Shown: positions 58,762 through 64,000 of the stretch, piece by piece | How the letters are laid out: each line of letters opens with the position of its first letter | Numbering within the stretch: the first letter of the stretch is position 1 | From: a virus | Length of the DNA stretch: 64,000 bases | Virus record (IMG/VR): IMGVR_UViG_3300017917_004576 | Location: 56,069 to 120,068 of that record | Reading direction: 5' to 3' (one strand) | The notes under the pieces: generated by a model | Seen by the model: only the letters and a program-made list of their open reading frames with translations | Databases searched by the model: none | Told to the model about the DNA's origin: nothing | Program-made: the position numbers and the translations under genes

Positions 58762-60054
58762 TTAAGAGCAACTATAGTTACTATTTATTGGTCCGTTTCC
58801 GTTAACATCAGCGGTTACGCATGTTGGAGCAGTATTGCTCTGGGTAGCATAAGTCCAGTATCCGGCATTGGTCCCGCCACCTTTGTAATAGGCCGCTTTG
58901 TACCATTCATTTTCTGTTGGCAAATGATATTTTGCGTCATTATTACTTGGTACAGCATTTCCAGTAGTTGCTCCGTTAAGAGTATAAGCTCCGTCTTCGG
59001 TAGTGCTGCTGTTTTGACTTCCAGATGGTTTATTGTTATGTAGCCAGTTACAGTATCTGGCGCAATCAAACCAAGTTACATAATTTACTGGTTTGTTACC
59101 CATATTGGTCTTAACACTATAAGTATAACTACCGCTAGAGCCAGATCGTGTTATGCCGCCCCTATCATCGCTATTCATACTGGTATTGTATAAATTGTAA
59201 GTGTCTGTTGCTGCTACCGCATTTAAGAATACTGCATATTCACAGTTGGTAACAAGATATTGAGCTATACTATAAAAATATGAGACAGCTCCATAACCAG
59301 TAGAGTCATTGCTGTTACCAGCATCTACTACACTAACAAAGTAAGGAAGAGATAAAGGATTGAGTGTAGAGAAGCGACTTGCGATCCGAAAACCGATGAT
59401 GTTGGACTCGCTCGACGTGCCCGTCGTGTTCCTGTCGGAGGACGACAAGTCGGACGCGAAGATGCCCCAGGCGCCGCCCCGCAGCCCACGAGCCGAGTTT
59501 GTTGTATTGTCTAAATCGTTCCATTCAAATACATTTCCGCTTTGATCATATGTTCCATAAGAGCTTGGTCCACCATTGGTTCCAACAGTTGTAACATTAC
59601 CGTTTTGGAGATTCCAATCAGCACAATTATTAAAATTGGCACTATTAGCTCCTATTGGAAAAATAGATTGAGGTGTTGAACTAACGGTTTGGGTCACAGT
59701 ATTTGTTGGAGTAGGAGTATTAGTCTTGGTGACTGTTGGTGTAACTGTGTTAGATGCAGTAACTGTTGGAGATACTGTTGGCGTTGCTGTATTGGATGGA
59801 GACACTGTTGGAGTAACTGTGTTAGATGGAGACGCTGTTGGAGTAACGGTGTTTGTTGGAGACACCGATGATGTAACCGACGTTGTCGGTGTAATAGTTG
59901 GTGTTGCGGTGTGACTTGGTGTTATTGTCGGAGAAGCTGTTATGCTAGGCGTTATTGTTGGCGAAGATGTTATGGTTGGAGTTATAGTATTTGTTGGCGT
60001 TGGGGTAGCGCTAGGAATTATCGCACAACATTTTATAGTTAAAATATCGCTCAT
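58762..60054 (-). CDS. Pro/Thr stalk plus circularly permuted FGE-sulfatase/CLec domain; candidate DGR target
   Basis: N-terminal TPT repeats; DQSGNVFEW..RGLRGGAW..GFR precedes YLVTN..KPVNYVTW..LPTENEWYKAAY. Confidence 0.85.
   Translation of the reverse strand: MSDILTIKCCAIIPSATPTPTNTITPTITSSPTITPSITASPTITPSHTATPTITPTTSVTSSVSPTNTVTPTASPSNTVTPTVSPSNTATPTVSPTVTASNTVTPTVTKTNTPTPTNTVTQTVSSTPQSIFPIGANSANFNNCADWNLQNGNVTTVGTNGGPSSYGTYDQSGNVFEWNDLDNTTNSARGLRGGAWGIFASDLSSSDRNTTGTSSESNIIGFRIASRFSTLNPLSLPYFVSVVDAGNSNDSTGYGAVSYFYSIAQYLVTNCEYAVFLNAVAATDTYNLYNTSMNSDDRGGITRSGSSGSYTYSVKTNMGNKPVNYVTWFDCARYCNWLHNNKPSGSQNSSTTEDGAYTLNGATTGNAVPSNNDAKYHLPTENEWYKAAYYKGGGTNAGYWTYATQSNTAPTCVTADVNGNGPINSNYSCS
59371..59496 (-). 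other. Putative DGR variable region (GC-rich patch)
   Basis: 82/126 GC and 36/42 codons G/C-ending (hand count) in an AT-rich gene; spans RG.RGG.W...GFR. Confidence 0.65.
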
Positions 60055-60056
60055 TT

Positions 60057-60347
60057 TTAATTACTTACTATATTAGTAGAATTATTAATTAATATTTCTA
60101 AATTAGTTATACGATTTTCTAAAGTTTGTAACTGATTATTTATTAATGATGAATTTTGTTCCAAAGTTGTATTTAATAAATTTTGAGAATCAGTATTTTG
60201 AGTTGTTAGATTTGTGTCTTTAAGATACGGAAATTCTATTAATACCAAAGAATTAGTATCAGCATTAATAGCCCATTCTTGATAAGCTGGTAAAGATGGA
60301 AGATTAAAACCCAAAGATGGTACAGGAATTAGTCTTGGTAAGCTCAT
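60057..60347 (-). CDS. Hypothetical protein with C-terminal coiled coil
   Basis: LQTLENRITNLE; AAGGA RBS. Confidence 0.6.
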   Translation of the reverse strand: MSLPRLIPVPSLGFNLPSLPAYQEWAINADTNSLVLIEFPYLKDTNLTTQNTDSQNLLNTTLEQNSSLINNQLQTLENRITNLEILINNSTNIVSN

Positions 60348-60358
60348 ATTAAAATCCT

Positions 60359-62305
60359 TTATTTTCCTAAATAATCAAAACCATAGTCTGGTAATTTTTG
60401 TAATGGAAATCCGTCAAAGTCGCTAAAAGCGTACGCTCCGTTGCCTTTTAACATACCGGCTGCTACATCTGCTTTTATTAAAAATGACCCGTTTGGAATA
60501 GTGTCCCATTCAGGATGCCCTCCAGAGTTCCAACTATTCCCACACCAAACAGCCCTTCCGTTTCTTCTAACATACATAATATGATTAGGAATAGTAGCAC
60601 AATATATTTTACCATTATAAGGTAATAATATTGGTTTTGTTCCATTATGTTCTCTTGGTGTTAGTGAAATTTCTTTTATATTAAGTCTATATTCTTTATG
60701 TCTAGTTATATTTTTATGACCATTTTTTCCATTATCTCTACCAATACGATCAACCTCTATTATATCTGCGGCTAATCCTATTTTTAGTATTAGTTCTTGC
60801 ATATCATCTGCTAGTTTTTTTGAGGATGTATAATAATTAATTTTACCATTAGACCTAGAACCATCTCCTAGCATCATAGCATCAAAAAATATTTTTTGTT
60901 GTCTTGATGATAAATTTTTTATATAGTCTGGGATATATTTTTGATGAGCTTTACCATAAATTTTCAATTTATTATATAAGTTTTTGTCATAAGACACCAT
61001 ATTCGAAGAAAATCTAAATGGTAGCTTATTTATACAATTTTGTATTATTTCTCTTGATTCTTTTTTATTCTGACTTATACCAACTAATCCATAATATTTA
61101 ATATCTCCATTAGACATTACTTTTTTATGATTACAAGTATGTCCTTCAGAAATAAAATATCCTAAAAATTCTAACCATAAGTCCATAGATATAATATTTG
61201 AGCCTATTTTTATATTCTCGACTTCTTCCCCTTTCCATTTTGCATTTTTTTTAATATGAATATATTTAGGGCAATTTTGTGATTCTATTAATTGCCAAGA
61301 ATCAATTTTATCTAAATCAGAATTTAACTTACCAATATACATATTATGATTATCTGTAACTAATAAATCTACTCCTCTAAAATGATAATGATTTAAATAG
61401 CCATTATAATCATACTCAAATTTTTGTTGAATTTGTTGCCACTCTAAATAATGATTATTTGGATTTAATGTTGCTAATATGTCAGTGTCTGTTAAGTTTT
61501 TAAATAATTTCCATCCTGTTTTAGTAAGCACTTCAGTATCGTCTGAATAACAACCCCAACTATTTTGTACTAAAAACGCTGGTTCACTACCAGTATCATC
61601 ACAAGCAATCCAGGCCATAGCGTGAGCCCAAGAACCTTGTGGTTTAGCAAAACCCTTACTATCTCTTTTATTACTAAAGCCATACATACTACAAACACTA
61701 ATACCATAACCATTAGCTAAAGCATCTCTTGCTTCTTCTACTGTTCTAACTAGACTAACAGTTTTAACTTGATGGTCATTGGCTAAATCTATAACTTTAT
61801 CTGGTAGTCCTCGTCCTCCCCAACCAGCACCTAGCATACCTTGATATTTTGTTAAATCTATAACACCCTTATAATTTTTTCTGACTAAAACCCCACCATA
61901 CTTACTTACAAATTCTGCTGCTCTAGCACAACTCATACCCTGACCACCATGTCCTCTTGCTCCATAAATAGCTTCTGTTGCTCCTCTTGCTATCCATGCT
62001 TCTCTATTTCTCTTAACATCTATTTCTACAGCACGAGTAACATCTACCGCATTACGGGTAGAGTGGCTAACACAGTCGCTCGTCACCTGACGCTCATTAT
62101 ATGGATTCTTATCAAACTTCAAAACACTTTTGTATGGAGTAGATAGTTTACCCTTGCCTGTCCCAACTATTCTTTTTGCTCCATCACCAAAATAAGCATA
62201 TTTAGAAACTTCTAATAAATGATCAAAAATATGCTGTTCCCACAAGCACCCTTGAAATCCATCCTTATAAAGTTTGTATAATTGTTCTGGTGAGTATCTA
62301 GCCAT
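60359..62305 (-). CDS. Papain-like (C1-type) cysteine peptidase precursor containing an intein
   Basis: Q..SDCVSH (Cys), WAHAM (His), QNSWG (Asn). Confidence 0.8.
   Translation of the reverse strand: MARYSPEQLYKLYKDGFQGCLWEQHIFDHLLEVSKYAYFGDGAKRIVGTGKGKLSTPYKSVLKFDKNPYNERQVTSDCVSHSTRNAVDVTRAVEIDVKRNREAWIARGATEAIYGARGHGGQGMSCARAAEFVSKYGGVLVRKNYKGVIDLTKYQGMLGAGWGGRGLPDKVIDLANDHQVKTVSLVRTVEEARDALANGYGISVCSMYGFSNKRDSKGFAKPQGSWAHAMAWIACDDTGSEPAFLVQNSWGCYSDDTEVLTKTGWKLFKNLTDTDILATLNPNNHYLEWQQIQQKFEYDYNGYLNHYHFRGVDLLVTDNHNMYIGKLNSDLDKIDSWQLIESQNCPKYIHIKKNAKWKGEEVENIKIGSNIISMDLWLEFLGYFISEGHTCNHKKVMSNGDIKYYGLVGISQNKKESREIIQNCINKLPFRFSSNMVSYDKNLYNKLKIYGKAHQKYIPDYIKNLSSRQQKIFFDAMMLGDGSRSNGKINYYTSSKKLADDMQELILKIGLAADIIEVDRIGRDNGKNGHKNITRHKEYRLNIKEISLTPREHNGTKPILLPYNGKIYCATIPNHIMYVRRNGRAVWCGNSWNSGGHPEWDTIPNGSFLIKADVAAGMLKGNGAYAFSDFDGFPLQKLPDYGFDYLGK
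60536..61552 (-). mobile_element. Intein with LAGLIDADG endonuclease (339 aa)
   Basis: CYSDDTEVLT..GW, VTDNH, YCATIPNH..YVRRNG..WCGN/S; FLGYFISEG and MMLGDG. Confidence 0.92.
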
Positions 62306-62823
62306 TATTTACTACCCTCATAAAAAGCCCATGCTAAACCATTAAAAGCTTCTACGGCCTTTTTCCTAAGTTCAGGATCTAGGGCTACATTATCGTCTCC
62401 GATATGCTGTACAACAACATAAGTAGCGGCCTGCGTTAGATCAGGATATTTACCCTTAAGATCAAGATTATAAAAAGCTCCAGCTATTTTATTAGCTTCT
62501 CTAATTTCATCGGTATTTTTAATTACTTCATTTTCACCATCTAGTTCTATTAGTCTTGCCAAGTCAGAGAATAATCCGCTTAATTTCACACCATCAACTG
62601 ATCGATCCGAGCTTCCGGATTTTAGGATCTCGGTTACTTTTTCACAATTATCCTTTAGTAACGGATCCAACGGAGCTAATACCGATGGAGTATGATTTAT
62701 TGGATTGGTGGATAGATTATTTTTAATAACTGGTCCAAGTAATCCGTATGTTAATAATAGTCCTCCAATAACTAAAACTATTATATTAGTATTTTTAATA
62801 TTCATTTTGTCTCCTGGCCGCAT
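62305..62823 (-). CDS. Membrane-anchored hypothetical protein
   Basis: N-terminal TM helix then helical domain; likely start at MNIK (62805). Confidence 0.65.
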   Translation of the reverse strand: MRPGDKMNIKNTNIIVLVIGGLLLTYGLLGPVIKNNLSTNPINHTPSVLAPLDPLLKDNCEKVTEILKSGSSDRSVDGVKLSGLFSDLARLIELDGENEVIKNTDEIREANKIAGAFYNLDLKGKYPDLTQAATYVVVQHIGDDNVALDPELRKKAVEAFNGLAWAFYEGSK

Positions 62824-63137
62824 GTGTTGGGACTAAGATGTGGAAATGCGCTATCTAAAACTTCAACAGCTTTTGGACATTTCATTTTTTCTGCCAAATC
62901 TCTAGTATTTTTCCAACTACTAATTAGTTTTAGAAAATCATTATCATTTTTTGCAACAGCAGACTCTGCGCTGACTCTGTTTACTAGTTTGCCAACAAGC
63001 CCAGCAACATAATCCTTAACTGGTACTAACTGATCTTTAAATAGTACAAATAATATAAGAGCGGCCCCTCCATAAACCATTAGATCTGTTCCTGATAATC
63101 TACTGCTAAATTCTTGAAAACTTTCGGCATAATTCAT
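62802..63137 (-). CDS. Membrane-associated hypothetical protein
   Basis: LMVYGGAALILFVLF TM segment; AAGGA RBS. Confidence 0.65.
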   Translation of the reverse strand: MNYAESFQEFSSRLSGTDLMVYGGAALILFVLFKDQLVPVKDYVAGLVGKLVNRVSAESAVAKNDNDFLKLISSWKNTRDLAEKMKCPKAVEVLDSAFPHLSPNTCGQETK

Positions 63138-63150
63138 AAGATTCGTCCTT

Positions 63151-63579
63151 TCAGACTAGATAATTGTGTTGAACTGTTAATTTTGGTTTAAAAACGCCCG
63201 CTTCTCTAAAGATTTTAACCATACTATCAATTGTTGAACTGACCAAAATCATAAGAAAACTTTTAACATAAGAGTGAATGTACCCTTCTATTATGTGAGG
63301 TACAACAGGAATGTCAACTGCTAAAAATAAGCTATCATAAAATTTACTAACCATGCTCATAGCAAGTGCTTTTTTATCTGGACTACTTAGATCATTTCCT
63401 ATTATTTCTATAATTTGAATGATACTAGCTATTGCTAATTGCAAAAGTTTCCACACTTGATCTATTGCGAATCTTTTAATATCCTTAAATGATTCTTTTG
63501 TTCTATTTATCAGTTTTTCTACTTCGTTTATTATTAGTTCTTGGCTTTTTGGTTGTTCGTGACTTTCTTGGTTTGTCAT
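63151..63579 (-). CDS. Hypothetical helical protein
   Basis: GAGGAG RBS before ATG 63579. Confidence 0.6.
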   Translation of the reverse strand: MTNQESHEQPKSQELIINEVEKLINRTKESFKDIKRFAIDQVWKLLQLAIASIIQIIEIIGNDLSSPDKKALAMSMVSKFYDSLFLAVDIPVVPHIIEGYIHSYVKSFLMILVSSTIDSMVKIFREAGVFKPKLTVQHNYLV

Positions 63580-63847
63580 CTTTTTTCTCCTCGTTAACAA
63601 CTGGTGCGGTATTGATAACTTCTGGTTTAATTTCAGATTTAATATTTTTTCTACTATTAATATACTTATATAATATTACAAATTGACCACCAATTAGAAT
63701 GCAACTTTCCACAGCATGACTAACAACACTAATAAGTTCTTCTTTATTAGTATGATCATTGATAATTCCAGTAAGATATAATCCACTAAAAATAAAACTA
63801 ACGAGTGTAAACCAGAACTCACTTGTGCGGTAGCCGGGTTTAATCAT
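63503..63847 (-). CDS. Holin-like membrane protein
   Basis: KPGYRTSEFW start, two hydrophobic helices, highly basic C-terminus; GGAG RBS. Confidence 0.55.
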   Translation of the reverse strand: MIKPGYRTSEFWFTLVSFIFSGLYLTGIINDHTNKEELISVVSHAVESCILIGGQFVILYKYINSRKNIKSEIKPEVINTAPVVNEEKKDDKPRKSRTTKKPRTNNKRSRKTDK

Positions 63848-63878
63848 GATTTTTCTCCAAAAATAAATACTATATTAG

Positions 63879-63887
63879 TAATACACC
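63879..63887 (-). promoter_or_regulatory. GGTGTATTA putative phage promoter
   Basis: Variant of recurrent motif upstream of holin-like gene. Confidence 0.45.
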
Positions 63888-64000
63888 ATCTTATTTTTAT
63901 CTTTTATTTAAATATGGATATTCTACGTTCGGTATGGATTTATTTAAAAAATTACACAATTTTTCCCACTTGTTCGTATCGTTAAGTGATAATACTAATA

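Noticed and set aside
59333-59545. Alternative-frame and antisense ORFs over the GC patch
   Set aside because: Expected by-product of stop-codon scarcity in the GC-rich segment; no RBS or motif
1-64000. Complete DGR cassette (RT, template repeat, Avd)
   Set aside because: No RT motifs in any ORF and no second copy of the GC-rich VR found by eye; only the target side is supported
63890-64000. Possible tRNA or ncRNA in terminal non-coding-looking stretch
   Set aside because: No cloverleaf or stable structure evident; probably the 3' end of a gene beyond the window

Overview
AT-rich, gene-dense segment of a large tailed dsDNA phage; a Planctomycetota host is inferred from gene content only. 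A + strand virion/tail module (1-24.7 kb, including 2246-aa and 2704-aa proteins) meets a - strand block tail-to-tail. The - strand block holds a degenerate glycosyltransferase cluster; a replication/recombination module (SSB, DnaE in three pieces, DnaQ-like exonuclease, intein-containing Cas4-like nuclease, primase, DnaB, RecA); nucleotide metabolism genes (dNMP kinase, PhoH, MazG-like, NrdAB, dCMP deaminase); two Pro/Thr-stalked FGE/CLec-fold proteins; and a membrane/lysis-like cluster with an intein-containing papain-like peptidase. The most striking signal is a sharply bounded 126-bp, about 65% GC patch (59371-59496) coinciding with the DGR-type variable region of a circularly permuted FGE/CLec domain. 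It has NNC codons at the expected variable sites, but no RT or template repeat is visible in the window, so it is a candidate target diversified in trans, possibly by a GC-rich host DGR. Also notable: DnaE split by a free-standing LAGLIDADG gene without inteins, a Gly1 class 3 intein, and a recurrent GGTGTAT promoter-like motif. All family calls come from motif recognition by eye, not database searches.
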